DNA from: Camelus dromedarius
Taxonomy: Eukaryota
Direction: 5' to 3'
DNA length: 64,000 bases
NCBI RefSeq assembly: GCF_036321535.1
Contig: NC_087472.1
Span: 97,032,001-97,096,000, forward strand
Shown here: one piece after another, positions 1 to 14,174 of the stretch
Numbering within the stretch: position 1 is the first letter of the stretch
Layout of the letters: each line of letters begins with the position of its first letter
Notes under the pieces: model-generated
The model's input: the letters and a program-made list of their open reading frames with translations, nothing else
The model's database searches: none
Told to the model about the DNA's origin: nothing
Made by a program: the position numbers and the translations under genes

Positions 1-259
1 ATAAATGATGTTGCTTCAAGTGACTCCAAGAAGCCCTTCCTGCTCCCAAGTAATCTTTCCTATAGTGTTTCAGTGTCCCAAATTTCCCTGTAAGAACTGC
101 TACCATGTTGGATTCAGTGTTGAGTAGTTCCACCTTGTTTCTGCCCTTTTCTCTGTGCCCCTCCTTAGAGGCAGCAGTTATAGCTTGGCTCTTTTCTCCT
201 ATTTCCTAGCCCAGGCACCAGGCATTTTTATAATTTAATTTGGTTTGAGAAATGTAATT

Positions 260-1110
260 TATGCAACAACAAAAAAATCTGTGTAGTGTATACTGGGTGT
301 TAGGCACCGTGCCTTTTCTTTGTAAGTTTGTAATCTAGAGGAGATGGCAGACAGGTAAACCAAGAATTAAAGTGTGATGTGATAAATGCTATGATAGAGG
401 CATTCCTGGAGTGCACAGACATCTGTAAGGTGGAGGTGGTCAGGAGAAGTTGATAGAATCTTGAAGGATAATTGGGTGTTGTGTAATTTGGCTGTAGATA
501 TTTGAGACTGAGGAAATAAAACCTGGGATGATGATTCTAGAAAATGGTACTGGACAGGTGGAGCAGGGCCAGGTCATGGACAGTCTTGTTTAGGACATTA
601 ATGGATGCAGTGGGGCTTTAGATTTGAGTTTTAGGATATTAATTTCAGATGAAAGAATAGAGCAATGAGTTTAAGTGGAGAGAGGGCATTTGTGGTGGTG
701 AAATGTGATGAGGACTGTAACCTTAGCAATTGGCACTTTGAAGTCATTGTGATAGGAGGAAGTAGAAATAGTAGGATCTGACTGCTTGCATGTGGTGGTT
801 GGGCTGAAGGGAAGGAGGGAAACAGAAGAGTCTAGGAAAACTGGCAGGTTTTGCATTTGGGTAAATAGATATTAGTGTGTCTTCTACCCAGATGAAGCAG
901 AGTATCAGGTTAAGGGGGCTGAAGGGTAACAGAGATTAGAGTGAGAGATGAAAAGACAGTTTTTAAAATATTGAATTTAAGGAGTTTATATGACACTTAA
1001 ATGGTGATACGATGATGTCTAATAGGTAACTGAGTTAACAGGTTTAGAATTCAGTAAACTTATAGTAAAGAAAGGAAGTTGACAACTACTAGTGTCTAAA
1101 TTTCAATTAA
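260..1110 (-). mobile_element. L2 LINE remnant
   Basis: Degenerate L2 3'-region motifs (gataaatgctatgatagagg, gggccaggtcatgga, tttgagttttagg). Confidence 0.55.
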
Positions 1111-1249
1111 ATTCAATGGAGAGAGGGACAGAAAGATTGAGAGGCAGTAAGGGGAGGAGGGAGGGAGAGAAGAAGGGCAAGAAGGAAGGATAGAGAGAGA
1201 GAGAAAATGAGAAATAGAACTATGATCTGAAAAGAGAAAACAAGAGTCC

Positions 1250-1985
1250 TGTATTAGCCAGGGTTTTAGTTCCAAGTGAAAGGAATTGAGATTGAACCTT
1301 AGTTGATTTAACTAGAATCGCCAGGAAGGCAGGAGGACCAAGCATGGAGGTTTCATAACCAGGATAAATGCTCCAGTTCCTGCCGTATGATTGGTACGCT
1401 GCAGATCCCATTGCTGCTAGTGTCATAGATTTCACCAACTCTTAGCCACTTTTACCAGGATAGATTTATCAAGGTTCCTGCTTTGTTCTGTTATTAGTTT
1501 TTATATGAGGGAGGGTTCTGACATGAAAGAGATGGCATGCTCAAAGGGGTCACAAAAAGAAAATTTGAAGAAGGGACTATGTATTTTCAAAGGAACAAGA
1601 AGGGATAATGAAGCACCCAGGACCTAGCAACAGAAGGAAGACTTTACCACCCCTAGGTCTGAAGAGGGAAGGAAGGGAGCTTTATAAGAACGCAGCAAGA
1701 TCTAGTATATGGCAGAGAGGCTGTGGCCTTACCTAGAGAAATGTAGCCATTGCCCAACTGCATGCATATCAGCAAGGAAGAAGCAGAGGGAATAGTTACC
1801 TCAACCTCACTCTCCTCTGGCCCTCTTATCTCTTGCCAGTGTGTTTCATTGGCCAAACACAATGGGGAGGAAGCTGGCAAGGGAAGCCCAAGGGATGTGG
1901 TTTGGTGTCTAGAGGTCAGCTTCCTGATCAGAGAGTAGGGTGGAAGATGGATCCAGAGAGGTAAATAGGAATACCCAGCACAGCT
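1250..1985. mobile_element. Old MaLR/ERVL LTR fragments
   Basis: Starts tgtattagccaggg and tgttattagtt...agggttc, typical of reverse-oriented LTRs. Confidence 0.4.
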
Positions 1986-2339
1986 TCCAATTCAAATCAT
2001 GATTGGCAGAGCCTAGATTATATGACCATGGCTCGGTTTCTAGGGAACTTGGAGAAGCAAGCCACTGACATTTTCAGAATGCATACTTGGAATTAGGCTA
2101 TATTCTAATGATAGGGGAGAAAGATCAGCCATAAAGAATGATAACTGTCCCCTCAGTGGTCAAGGATAATGCCCTGGGAAAAACATTCATGATAGAGGCA
2201 TGTAAAGAGCACACTTCGAAAGGCAAGTAAAATAGTGGGACTAAACAGGATGGAAGGAAAACCAGAGAATTCCAGAGTCTGATAAGCAGAGTCACCAATG
2301 TCAGAGGCTCAGAGGGGTTGATTGAAACAAGAGCTGTTT

Positions 2340-4495
2340 CTTTTCAGCTATGTTTGTTTTTTGTATTTTCTCTTTGTTAAAAACGTTTAACTTGTCATTC
2401 TGTTCACCCATTCTTCTCCAAGTTCTTTGAGCATCTTTATGGTCATTACCTTGAACTCTTTATCGGGTAGATTGTTTATCTCCACTTCACTTAGTTTGTT
2501 TTCTCTAGTCTTAATCCTTCATTTGGAACGTATTTCTCTGTCATTTCATTTTGCCTAATTTACTGTTTTTCTTTCCGTGTATTTGGTAGGTTGCTTACAT
2601 TTCCTGATCTTATAAAAGTTGCCTTTTTTAGAAGATGTCCTATGCATCCCAGCAGCTCATTCCCCTTTGGTCACCACAGCTATATGCTCTAGGAATGCCA
2701 CCCATACGGGCTGCATGCGCTCTTTTGGTACAGCGGGCTGACTTCTGTGGGCAGTCTGGTGGGCATAGCTGGCCTTTTGTCCAATTGGTTGCTTTCCTTG
2801 TACAGAGGCTGCTGTTCGCTGATGCATGGGGCTGGGGCACGAGGCAGCTGGACCCCAGCATGGGTCCTAGGGCTAGTGCTGGCTCATTTGTGGGCGGAGC
2901 CAGGTTTTGGGGTGTGTGGTTTCAGGGCCATTGGTCCCTAACCTAGTGTAGGCCTGCTGGTGCATGCGGCAGGTTCCTGACATGGCTGGCTGCAGAGTCT
3001 GTGGTGTCTCAAAGCTGGAGCCAGCCTGCTGTTGTGTTGGGTTGGATCTTGGGGCAACTAGCTGAGGGTTCAAGGTGTCTTAGAACTGGTCTTGGCCTGT
3101 TGGTGGTTGGGACTGGAGTCCAGGGGGTCCTGGGGCTGGTGCTGGCCTACTGGTGGATGGACTGGGTCCTGACATGGCAGGCTGTTGGGCTGCAGTAGTC
3201 CTAGGGCTGGTATTGGCTGGCTGGTGGGTGTGGCTGGGGCCTGGTGTATCCTGGGACTGGTGTTCACACACTTGTAGGCAGAGCCTTGTCCTCGGGTCTT
3301 TATCTGCAGGGCCCTGGGTGTCCCAGAGCTTATGATGACTGGCTGGTAAGTGAGGCTGGTTTCTGACACTGCTGGCTGTGGAGTCCAGGATATCCTAAAG
3401 TTGATTTTGGTCCACTGGTGGGTAGGGCCACATCCTAGGGTGGTTCACTGAGGGTCCCAAGGTGTCCTGGAGCTGGTGTATATCCACTGGTGGGTGGGGC
3501 CAGTTCCCTGGGGATTCCTGGGTTAGTCCCTGGCTGCTGGTGAGTGGGCTGGGTACTGACATGGCAGATTGTGGGGCTTTGGTGGTCTTGGGTCTGATGT
3601 CTGCCTTCTGGTGGGTGAGGCTGTATCTTGTGGCTATTGCTGGCCCACTGGTGGGTGGGACCAGGTCTTGGGGTCTCTGGCCATAGGGCTCTGGGCATCC
3701 CAGAGTTGGTGTTGGTCTGCTGGTCAGTGAGGCCAAGTCCTGTGGCAGCTGGGAGCTCAGGGGTTCCTAAGGCAACTGGCCTGCTGGTGGGTAAGGCAGT
3801 GTCCCTGCCTGGCTAGCTGCTTGGCTTGAGGCATGCTAGTATTGGTGCTGACAGGCTGGTGGATGCGGCCAGATATGGTGGTAATAAGCTGGAGGGAGGA
3901 TTCCAAAATGGAATCTAGTACCACTATCCTCCCCAAAATGGCTTCTTCCAGTGTCTACTTCCCCAGGGTGAGCTCCAGTTGCCTCCTACCTCTGCAGGGG
4001 GGTCTCCAAGATAGGGAGATGGGTGTGACCCAGGGTCCTTTCAAATTACTGCTTCTTCCCTGGGTCTCGGAGTATGTGAGGTTTTGTGTGTGTCCTTTAT
4101 AAGAGTGGAGTCTCTATTTCCTACATTCCTCTGGCTCTCCCAAAAATAAGCCCTCCTGGCCTTCAAAGCCAAATGTTTTAGGGGCTCATCTTCCAGTGTA
4201 GGTCCCCCAGGTTGGGAAGCCTAATGTGGAGCTCAAACCTCTCACTCCTTAGGGAGAAGCTTTGTAATTGCAATTATCCTCCTGTTTGTGAGTTGCCCAC
4301 TTGGAGTTATGGGTCTTGACTATATCCCTTCTTTGCACCTCCTGACCACTTCATTGTGGTTTCTTCTTTATATCTAGTAGAAGATCTTTTCTACTAGACT
4401 TCAGTTATTTCTCATCAGTAGTTGTTCTGTGCCTGTGCTGTGGGAGGAGATAAGCTCAGGGTTTTCCTACTCCACCATCTAGGCCACACCCTATG
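2340..4495 (-). mobile_element. L1 5' UTR plus start of ORF1 (5' fragment)
   Basis: ORF1-like ttctttgagcatctttatggtcattaccttgaactc at ~2420-2460; GC-rich internally repeated 5' UTR (ggcctgctggtgggtgggg units); terminus ttttcctactccaccatct. Confidence 0.75.
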
Positions 4496-4514
4496 AAACT
4501 CACTTTTAAAAAAT

Positions 4515-5715
4515 GATTCTGTATGTAAGTGATACCATACAATATTTGCCTTTCTCTGTCTGGCTTGTTTCACTTAACATAATGCCCTCCAGGTGGATCC
4601 ATGTTATCATAAATGGCAGAATTTTCTTTTTTAAGGCTGAATGATATTCTGTTGTATAATTATATACCATATTTCCTTTAGACATTCATCTGTTGAAGGA
4701 TATTTAGGTTGTTTCCATATCTTGGCTATTGTGAACAATGCTGCAATGATCATGGGAGCACAGATATCTCTTTGACATACTGATTTCATTTCCTTTGCGT
4801 ATATATTAAGGAGTGGGATTGCTAAATCATATGGTATTTTTATTTTTAATTTTTTGAGGACGTTCTATACTGTTTTCCATAATGGCTGTACCTATTTATA
4901 TTCCCACAATAGGGTATAAAGGATTCCTTTTTGTCCACATTTTTACCAACATTTGTTATGTCTTGTCTTTTTGGTATTAACCATTCTAACAAGTGTGAGG
5001 TGATACCTCATTGTGGTTCTGATCTACATTTCCCTGATAATCAGTGATGTGAGCATGTGGTGCCTGTTGGCCATTTTTATGTCTTTTTTGAAAAAAATGT
5101 CTATTTGGGTCCTTTGCCCATTTAAAAATCGGAGTATTTGCTTTTTTGCTATTGAATTCCATGATTTCTTTATATATTTTGGATATTAACCTTTTATAAC
5201 ATATATGGTTTGCAAATACTTTCTTCCATTCAGTAGATTACCTTTTCAATTAATAGATTGTTTCATTCCTTGTGCATAAGTTCTTTAGTGTGATGTACTC
5301 TCACTTGTTTGTTTTAGCTTTTGTTACCTGTGCTTTCTATGTTTTATCCAAGATATCATTGCCAAGATCAATGTCAGGGAGCTTTTCTCTTATGTTTTAT
5401 GGAGTTTTATGGTCTCAGGTTTTACATTAAGTCTTTAATCTATTTCTGATTAATTTTTGTAAATGGTGTAAGATGGGGTCCAGTTTCATTCTTCGGCATG
5501 TGAATATCCAGTTTGCCCAACATCATTTGTTAAAGATGCTCTGCTTTTCCCATTGTGTATTCTTGAAGTGCTTGTCAAAAGTGAATTGACCATATATGCA
5601 TGGATTTATTTCTGGGCTCTCTATTCTGTTCCACTGGTCTATGTGCCTTGTTTTATGTCAATACCATACTATTTTGATTACTATATCATTATAATACCAT
5701 TTTAAATCAGGAAGC
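4515..5715 (-). mobile_element. L1 ORF2 3' region/3' end fragment
   Basis: Canonical L1 motifs (ccatatcttggctattgtgaacaatgctgcaatga, gggattgctaaatcatatggta, ccagtttcattcttc). Confidence 0.9.
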
Positions 5716-5914
5716 ATGCCCCTCTACAAATGAGTACAACCATCAGTACTGGGTAGATCTGTGGTTTTTGTGATCGAGACTTTCATTGCTTCAGTATGGC
5801 TGACCTAAACCTGGGAAGGAGGTGGATGGGTAGGGAATAGGGTATGTAAGTTAAGATTATTTGGTATCAGTTGAAATCAAGATATATGACAGTTCCTAAT
5901 CAGTAGTAATTATA

Positions 5915-6472
5915 TGTGGTTGATTAAAGATGTCTTGAAATTTTTGGAATCTTTTCCATTCAAGAGTTGGAGTCTGTGACCCTTGAGTTTAGGCAGTTTC
6001 TATGACTGATTGGCCAATCAGTATGGTGGCAGTGATACTGTGCAAGTTTCAGTTCCAGGCTTTAGAACCTGACAGTTTCCATGTTGTGCCTCTTGGAACA
6101 CTGTCTCTGGGAGCTCTAAGCTACCATGTATGAAGTCCAACAACCCTGAGACTACCAGTCTGGAAAGGCTGCATGTGGGCACTCTGGTTGATAGTTCCAG
6201 CTGAATCCAGCCTTGAAGGCATCCTGCAAAGGGGCCAGATAGACGAGTGAAGGTATCCTGAACTCTGCAGACCAGCCTACTTGCCAGTTGAATATCACCA
6301 TATGCCCTATGTTGACACCACATGAAGCAGAAGACTCACCCAGATGAGCCCTGCTTGAATTTGTGACCCAAATTTGTGACTCAAAAATTTCGAGTCATTT
6401 TTTTAAAAAGTTACTGTTTTAGACTGTTAAATTTTGGGATAATTTTTTATATAGCAATAGATAACTAAAATA
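5915..6472 (+). mobile_element. MaLR LTR (MLT1-type)
   Basis: cctcttggaacact...ctaccatgtatgaagtcca...ccctgagactacc; end atagcaatagataactaaaata. Confidence 0.75.
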
Positions 6473-7639
6473 GAGAATTGAAATAGCATGTCCCAGACTG
6501 TTAAAGGGTGAAACTCATTTTAAAGTGAAATTTATTAACAATTTTGACATTAAAAAGCCATCTTAATTTGTTAATTAAAAATACTTAATCCCCAAAGCTA
6601 CTATAATTTCACAGTTGCTTTAAAATAAATATGCATTTTATTTTCAAAACAGCATTTACATATATTGGAAAAAATACTAGTTTCTGTATGTATGAGACAT
6701 GTGAAAGTATTTAGATTTGTGAAGCTTTGTACTTATTCCTCAGAACACCAAAGATCTATGGCCCATTGGTCTTAGAGACCAAACTAATTCTCCTTGTCTT
6801 AATAGATGTAAAAAAAATTGGACATGATTCAGGAGCTAGTGGGACCAGCCCTTTGAAGTCCACTGATGATTTATCCTTGAAAAATTTTCTCTGTAGACCT
6901 GAGTTCAAATATGGACTGCAAAAATATTGGTATCTAGGCAATGGGTAAAAAAACATATATATATATATTAATATCTCACATATACTTTTATTTCATGATG
7001 TTCAGAAATTAATACTGTGATTATTTTCTTTATATATTTCCAGAATATTATTTTATGAATTATTATTCCAGGAATTATTTTCTGAATACCCTACTTGACC
7101 AATGAATATATTATAGGTACTTATAAATTCTCATAGTATCATTTGACCTTTGACCTTTATTTGGATCAAATTTGCTTTAAAATGTCTCATACTGAAGAAT
7201 GAGAAGTTTTATATAGAAAAGTAAGTTAAGGAAAATATTAAGGTTTTTTTCTTAAAGATAAAATGTCTGATTTTAAGCTAGTTCAGCGTTGCAGTTGCAT
7301 CCAGTATCAATGTAATTTCTTTTACATTACTCGGTATTATGTATCTGGTATATTTTCAGAGCAGCTTGAAAAGCAATTGAGTAGACTATGTAAGTGTTCT
7401 TTCTAGTGAGCATTACCTGGTACAAATGGATTATGTAATACGACCATTTACCTCTATGGAATTCAGTGTGTGATAGATAAATCTACTAAATTTACTCCTG
7501 GCCTGCCATAACCCAAAGGATGTACACTTAAATCTAGGGGGAAAAAAAGCAATATCTGAGACTAAATCTACTGATGTTGAACCCTTACTTACGAGATTAA
7601 ATATAGCTACACATATGAACCTATCTGAAAATAAAAGGA

Positions 7640-8642
7640 GAAAAGCTTATAAAATAATTTTGGGACATTTGACTATCCATTGGAAGGAAAAAGTTGATTT
7701 CTTTCTTATACCATTAACAATAGTAAGTTTCAGAAGGATTAAATATTTAAATGTGAAATTATATGCACCATATAATTATTAGAGGAAAAATAATAAAAAT
7801 CACTTTGAATTTTTGAAGGGGTGAAGGATTTTCTTAGTTTCGCTCAATGGTTTTATCACAGTAAAGAAAAATTGAATCAGTTTGACCTTATAGTAGTAAT
7901 AATGGTAGTAATAATAATAATAATCATTGACGTGACAACACTAAAACAAAATTAAAAAACCCATAACAAACAAAGATGTCACAGGGTTAGGAACATATCC
8001 TTATTATGTAAAGATGTTTTAGAAATCAATAAAACAGTTAAATGCTTAAATAGAAAAATGGACAAAGGATCTAAAGAGGCAAGTTTCAAAAGAAGAAATT
8101 CATGTCAATTCAGGCCAATAAACAAGAGAAGACACTTAATTTCACAATAATTAGAGAATTACAAATTAAAATGACAATATGGTGGTATTTTGTCCAGCTA
8201 CCATATGTATGTCAAAGATGAGAAAGATTGCTGATAGCTAGAGTGGATGAAGATTCGAGGAAACAGGCCATTGTCTGCACTCTGGAGGCAGTCTAAATTG
8301 ACTAACCTTTCTGGAAGACAAGCTTGTGTTAAAATGTGTTTACCGTTTTTGACTCAAGAATTCATTTCTAGGTAGTCTAAAGAAATAATCATATAAATAT
8401 CCCAGAGATGTTTTATTTAAGTGTTGTGTATAATAGCATAATTGGCATGAACCCAAATGTCCATCCATACAGTAGAAAAATAGCTGTCTTTTTAATAAAA
8501 GACAAGCTAAGTGTCCACTGATAGATGAATGGGCAAAGAAATTATATCTGTATATAGTGGAATATTAGTCAGCCTTGAGAAAGGAGATCCTGACATTTGC
8601 AGCAATGTAGATGAACCCGCAGGACATTATGCTAAGTGAAAT
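7640..8642 (+). mobile_element. Old L1 ORF2/3' remnants
   Basis: atagaaaaatggacaaagga, cccaaatgtccatc, gacattatgctaagtgaaata. Confidence 0.7.
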
Positions 8643-9019
8643 ACTCCCTCCCACTCCCCCGTTTTTCCACTTCTTTTTTCCTACCCTGTTAGACAGTAGC
8701 ATTATAACAAGAACAAGAATACTTCCTCTCAAGGACCTCTGGACAACACCTTGTTTTGCATATTCAGAGAAGCAAAATGAATAAATTACCCACACCAACT
8801 TCAATTTAAGGCAGCTGTAATGATAGCAAGCCTCATCTGAAATATTGGTGAGCAGAGGCCTTTGGCAGGTTAGCCTTTGCTGCAGGGAAGATCTGTGAAT
8901 AGCTGCCGTTAGAGAAAGGAGGTCACCAAAAGCTTGGCCTTGCCAAGTCCCTCTGTCTCCCTTCCCTCTCCTCTCTATCAATAATTAGAATGCTGCTTTT
9001 TACTTGGAGGTGTAAGGTC

Positions 9020-9180
9020 TATGCAGTGGTTCTAAGTCAGGGATGCCTATCAGAACTTTGGGAAGATTTTTAGAAATAAAGATGCCTGGGAAGTACCTCT
9101 AGGAGATCTGGTTGGATCACTGGAATCTATTTCATTTGAAACATTCCTTTGGTGATTCTCATGGTCAGCCAGCACTGGCA
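9020..9180. mobile_element. MER5-type hAT DNA transposon
   Basis: cagtggttct...aaagatgcctggg...ggtgattctcatg. Confidence 0.5.
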
Positions 9181-9399
9181 GTCATTGGAAGCCCTAGCTC
9201 ATTGCATAAATATGCAAAGCTTTGAAGACCTGCATGCTCATTAGGCCCCTAGAGATGTCTTTCAGGACGCATTTCTTTATAAATCATATAAAATACATTT
9301 TTGGTCTTTTCTCCAATTAGCAGTGAGCTCTCCCTTCTCGACTGCTTATAATAATTCTTGTATGTCCTACATTACTCAGACGGTACCCTGATCTGACAT

Positions 9400-9870
9400 T
9401 ATGTTACTGGTTCATGTATTTAACAAATAGTTATGTAGCACCTTCTACATTCCAGGCTCTCTTACAGGGTTCAGTTATTATTTATTGTTCCTGATTGTGT
9501 GTTTCATCCATCCCTATGTGTTCATCTCAAAATACTATAATAAAGAATTTACATATGTCTGCCCATCCCACTATTGCTGAGTTCAGGGATTGTGTCTTAT
9601 TTATATTTGTGTTTCTAGTGCTTAGTGCTTAGCACTTCCCTTGGCATTTAGTGAGTGCTCAGTGAATGTTAGCTTATGTTATTATCCTTGAGGGAGTGGA
9701 GAGAACAGATGGTGTGTTCTAGGACTAACAGGTCATTGATACCTATTCAGTGTGGCTAGTATATAGCAGGCATGGGAGGAGGTGGTGAGAGTTGAGGCTG
9801 AATAGGCAGGCAAGGCCGGATCATGAAGAGTCTTAAATGTTATGCTAAGAAGTTTTGATTTTATATACAG
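9400..9870. mobile_element. L2 fragments
   Basis: agtgagtgctcagtgaatgtt; gaggctgaataggcaggcaaggccggatcatg. Confidence 0.45.
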
Positions 9871-9877
9871 TGGTGAG

Positions 9878-10460
9878 TGCTGTGATCTGAATGTTTGCTC
9901 CCCGCCCTAAACTCATACATTGAAAACCTAATGCCCAAGGTGGTTGTCTTAGGAGGTGGAGCCTATTGGAGGCAATTAGGAATGATTAGTTGCTTTTTTT
10001 AAACTCTTAAATACGTATTTTTATTGAAGTATTGTCAGTTTACAATGTTGTGTCAATTTCTGGTGTACAGCACAATGCTTCAGTCATACAAGAACATACA
10101 TATGTTCATTTTCATATTCTTTTTCACCATAGGTTACTACAAGATATTGAATATAGTTCCCTGTGCTATACAGTATGAACTTGTTGTTTATCTATTTTAT
10201 ATGTATTAATTAGTATCTGCAAATCTTGGAATGAGATTAGTATCTTTGAAGCCCCATAGAGGTCCCATTTCCCTTTCCACTTGAGGGCGCAGTGACAAGT
10301 CAGCAGTCTGCAAATCAGACCAGGGCCTTCACCAGAATCTGACTTGCTGGCACTCTGATCTCAGACTCCCAGCCTCCGAGACTGTGCGAAGTGAGTTTCT
10401 ATTGTTTATAAGCCACTCAGTCTATGCTATTCTGTTATAGCAAGCCAAACAGACTAAGAC
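9878..10460 (+). mobile_element. MaLR LTR (MLT1A/MST-like) interrupted by an L1 3' end
   Basis: tgctgtgatctgaatgttt...cccagcctccgagactgtg...tgtttataagccactcagtctatg...gactaagaCA. Confidence 0.8.
9995..10228 (-). mobile_element. Camelid-type L1 3' end fragment
   Basis: tttattgaagta...tttacaatgttgtgtcaatttctggtgtacagc...tagttccctgtgctatacag; near-TSD ggaatga(ga)ttagt. Confidence 0.8.
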
Positions 10461-10657
10461 AGCGAGACACTCAAAGTTTTACACACTAAAGAAGCATGAT
10501 GAGAGTTAGCTGGGAGGTTAGGAGAAGAGCCGGATTCGGCCATGGTTGGTCAGTTAGGGCTGGTTGCAGTAATCTTGATGAGGTATGACACAGGCCTAAA
10601 CACAGGTTCTGGTAGAGGGATAAAGGAAGAAAGGATCGAATAATTCCTGATGCATTT

Positions 10658-10858
10658 CCAGTGGTTTGCTGGAGCTAGTTTGTACTAGTTTGTGACAGCT
10701 GATTCTGTACCGCTCTTCCCAGTCCACGGTCCGTGTCTTCACATTAGTAGCTTAAAATTGGCCATGGTGGGAATATTTACTTTATGGAAATAGGCAAACA
10801 CTACAAATCAAGGGTTTTGCTCTTTTTCCTGAAAGATATTTTGCCAACACATCACTGG
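10658..10858 (+). mobile_element. MER63-type hAT DNA transposon
   Basis: ccagtggtttgctggagc...aaattggccatggtgggaatatttac...acacatcactgg terminal inverted ends. Confidence 0.7.
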
Positions 10859-11689
10859 ATTTACCTCGGTTTAAAGGTCATTCCACCTAGAAAGCCTTAC
10901 CTTATTGCCATGCCTGGGTAAGGTGCATCTTCCGTATGATCTCATTGCATCCTACTCCATCCACGTTAGAATACTCAACACTCTGTATTTTAATAACCCA
11001 TTTACTTATTTGCGTATCATGCTGGGTTGTAAGCTTTGTGATGGCAGCAATGTGTCTGCCATGTTCACAGCTGTACCCCATGCTTACCATATCAATAAGT
11101 GTTCAAAGATAATGATGTGTGGATGAATAATGTTTTATCTCAGTAGTTCATGTGGCAGATATGTTTCTACAACAATTCCAGAAGTGGTGTCTGTACATGG
11201 TTCATACTTTTTCTTCTTTAGGATAAGTTGAATGAGTCAGAATTACAATGTAATTATCAAAAAAGCCATATATGCCCTCACCTCTTGAAAGAGAATGGAA
11301 AGAACAGATCATTTCTCTGATCATAACATAAAAGAAATATTTTAAAAGAAATTATTTTTCATTTTGTTTTAATTTTCCCCTTGTGGATATGAAGACTGCA
11401 GTTTTCTTGGCATTTTTAAGTGTAGCATGGAAAGAAAGAGACATTTGAAGACCTAAGCCAGCATTTTATAATAGCTGGGAAAGTATCCTTTCAGTATTTT
11501 GATTTGGAGAAGAAACAAAGGGTATCAGGAAAAAACGGAGAGTTTCTTTAACTTTTTCATATTGTTGACATTACACCTGTCAAAATAGATAACTTCCTGT
11601 CAGAATAGATATGTATACTTACATGCACCTATAAAACATATATAAAGCACAGTTATTAAACTAATGCTTGTGAGACATTTGTAACATAG

Positions 11690-12212
11690 CTGTGCTCCTT
11701 ATCTACTGCTGCATAACATGGCCCTAGAACTTAGTGGCTTAAAATAGTGCACATTATTGGACTCAATTTCTGTGGGTCAGAAATCTAATAGCATCTTAGC
11801 TGTGTCATTTCGACTTAGGGTCTCTCTTGAGGTTGAGGTCAAGATGTTGACCTGAGCTACAGTCATCTGAAGCCTTGAAAGGAGCTGGAGGATGAACTTC
11901 CAGGGTAGCTCACTTGCATGCATTGCAGGTTAGTACTTGTTTTGTCGGGAGACTTCTCCATTGGGCTGCTTGTGTATGCTCATGACACGGCGGCTGATTT
12001 CCTCCAGAAAGAGTGATGTGAAAGAATGAGCAAAGAGAAAACCACAGTACCTTTTATTGACCTAATCTACACCTTTTGTTACCATATTCTCTTCCTTGGA
12101 AGCAAGTCACTAAATACAGCCTACACTCTAGAGAGAGGGATGATTAAGCTCTATCTACCCTTTGAATGAAAGAGTATCAAAGACTTTGTGGACATATTTT
12201 AAAACTACCATG
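11690..12212 (-). mobile_element. MaLR LTR (MLT1-type)
   Basis: tatctactgctgcataac...aacttagtggcttaaaa...ttctgtgggtcagaaat. Confidence 0.7.
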
Positions 12213-13714
12213 ATGGCAAAATGCTTATGTTGTGTTCTGAGTAAAAAACCAAATTCAAAATTACTCATGTAATATCAAAATTGGGTTAGGAAAATAGCAT
12301 AAAAAATTAAAGACAAGCAAATTATGAATAGACCAAAAATCATGTAAGAGGTGTTTGAAAAGAGAATTAAAAACTAATGGCTAAGAAGGGAAAATAATTG
12401 CAACAGAGGACCTTAAATATAAAGAGTTCTTACAAAAAAGTAAAAACAAAATTTACATGACTTAGGATAGCAATCAGGGCATGGGGAATGGAGAGGATCC
12501 AGAGGTGTACGTGAAGTGTCAAGACAGCAGATCAGACTATAATAAGGAGATCCTGGAACGAAAGCAAATTGTGCCCCAGCCAAAAAGCTGTAAGTGCTTT
12601 CTTAAGGGCAAAGGCTTGTTTCAGAGCAAGCCAGATTAGGTTCTGCAGGAAAAAACAAGGTGACTTAATTAACTTACGTGGAGAACTGTGAGTGAGGCTG
12701 GAGGTATGGCCTAATTCTGGCGTTAATGATTTGTGATTAAACGAGATCTCTCTCCTAGATATTTGACCTGCCACACCTACCCTATCTTTATTTCATGTAT
12801 GTATGACATAATGTTTTCATGCTTTCTTCTGCTGTATTGAATATTGATTTTCTGCTCCAGCCACTTGGGACTATGGTAATCAAGTCTACCGCTTCCCAAA
12901 GCTGGACGTTCCAGGTTACAGGATGGAAATATTGTAGGTGAAGGGAAAAAGATAACTGCCCCATGAGGACTCAAATGGAACTAGAGACCACATCCCTGAG
13001 GTGTGAATTAGGAGCTGATGGCAAACAATGGAGTAAAATGACTTAGGGAAATCAGTGCTTCTCAATAGTCAAAGCACTAGGTCCCAAAGATAGACAGTGA
13101 CACTTGATTCTTCTTCTGACAAACTGCTTTGCAGAGTTGAACATTTAGTGTGAGTCTGCTTTTGTGGAATCATGCAGAGAGCATAGCTTATTCTTAACAT
13201 ATGCAGACTCATCTAAGTGGCCCCTTAGGAAAAGAGAGAAGAAAAGTCTTTAGAAAGACAAGTTGAGTGGTGTCTTTCCCAATAAGCCATTGTATGTATT
13301 GAAAAGTAGCTTTGCAGTGTAGACATTGGCTACACCTCAGTGGAATGGATGCAGAATGTTTTGTTTTTCACGAGACTTGATAGTCGTAAAATATTTTCTC
13401 CTCAAATGCTGCGATGATGTATTCTAGTTCACTTCATATCTTTCTGATGAAGCCAAGATGCTTCCTAGAATTGTCTTCCCTCTATAACCATGGTTCTTTA
13501 CCATCTCAAAATTCCTCCTCTGCCTTTGGGCCTGGCGCCAACCACCCTGTCCTTCATTTCTTTCACAGCCCGGCCAGAAGCTTACCTCTTCAAAAAGTCT
13601 TCTAAGATTAACCTCCTCTCTCTTCCATCACTGCCAAACTTAGAGTTCTAAGTCTCAAGTCTTTAGTTGATTGTATATTATTGATAACTGGGTTTTTAAA
13701 ATTTAATTAATTTT

Positions 13715-14118
13715 TATTTTTTAAAAATATTTTTATTGAAGTACAGTCAGTTTACAATGTTGTGTCAGTTTCAGGTGTACAGCACAATACTTCAGTCACA
13801 TAGGAACATACATACATTCGTTCTCATATTCTTCACCATAGGTTACTACAAGATATTGAATGTGGTTCCCTGTGCTATAAGTATAAACTTGTTGTTTATC
13901 TATTTTATATATATTAGTTAGTATCTGCAAATCTCAAACTCCCAATTTATCCCTTCCCACTCCCTTCCCCCTCTGGTAACTGTAAGTTTGTTTTCTATGT
14001 CTATGAGTCTGTTTCTGTTTTGGAAATAAGTTCATTTGTCTTTTTTCTTTTTAATAATCCACATATAAGTGATAGCATGTGGTATTTTTCTTTCTCTTTC
14101 TGGCTTACTTCACTTAGT
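13715..14118 (-). mobile_element. Camelid-type L1 3' end fragment
   Basis: Same family as 9995-10228, extending to tttctggcttacttcacttag. Confidence 0.85.
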
Positions 14119-14174
14119 GAGTTTTTTAAAAAATAATTTCCAAGCTGTGCCTTTTCTATTGTCCAGTGTTGCAA

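Noticed and set aside
2635..4102. Cluster of Gly/Trp/Pro-rich short ORFs
   Set aside because: They fall within a GC-rich repetitive L1 5' UTR.
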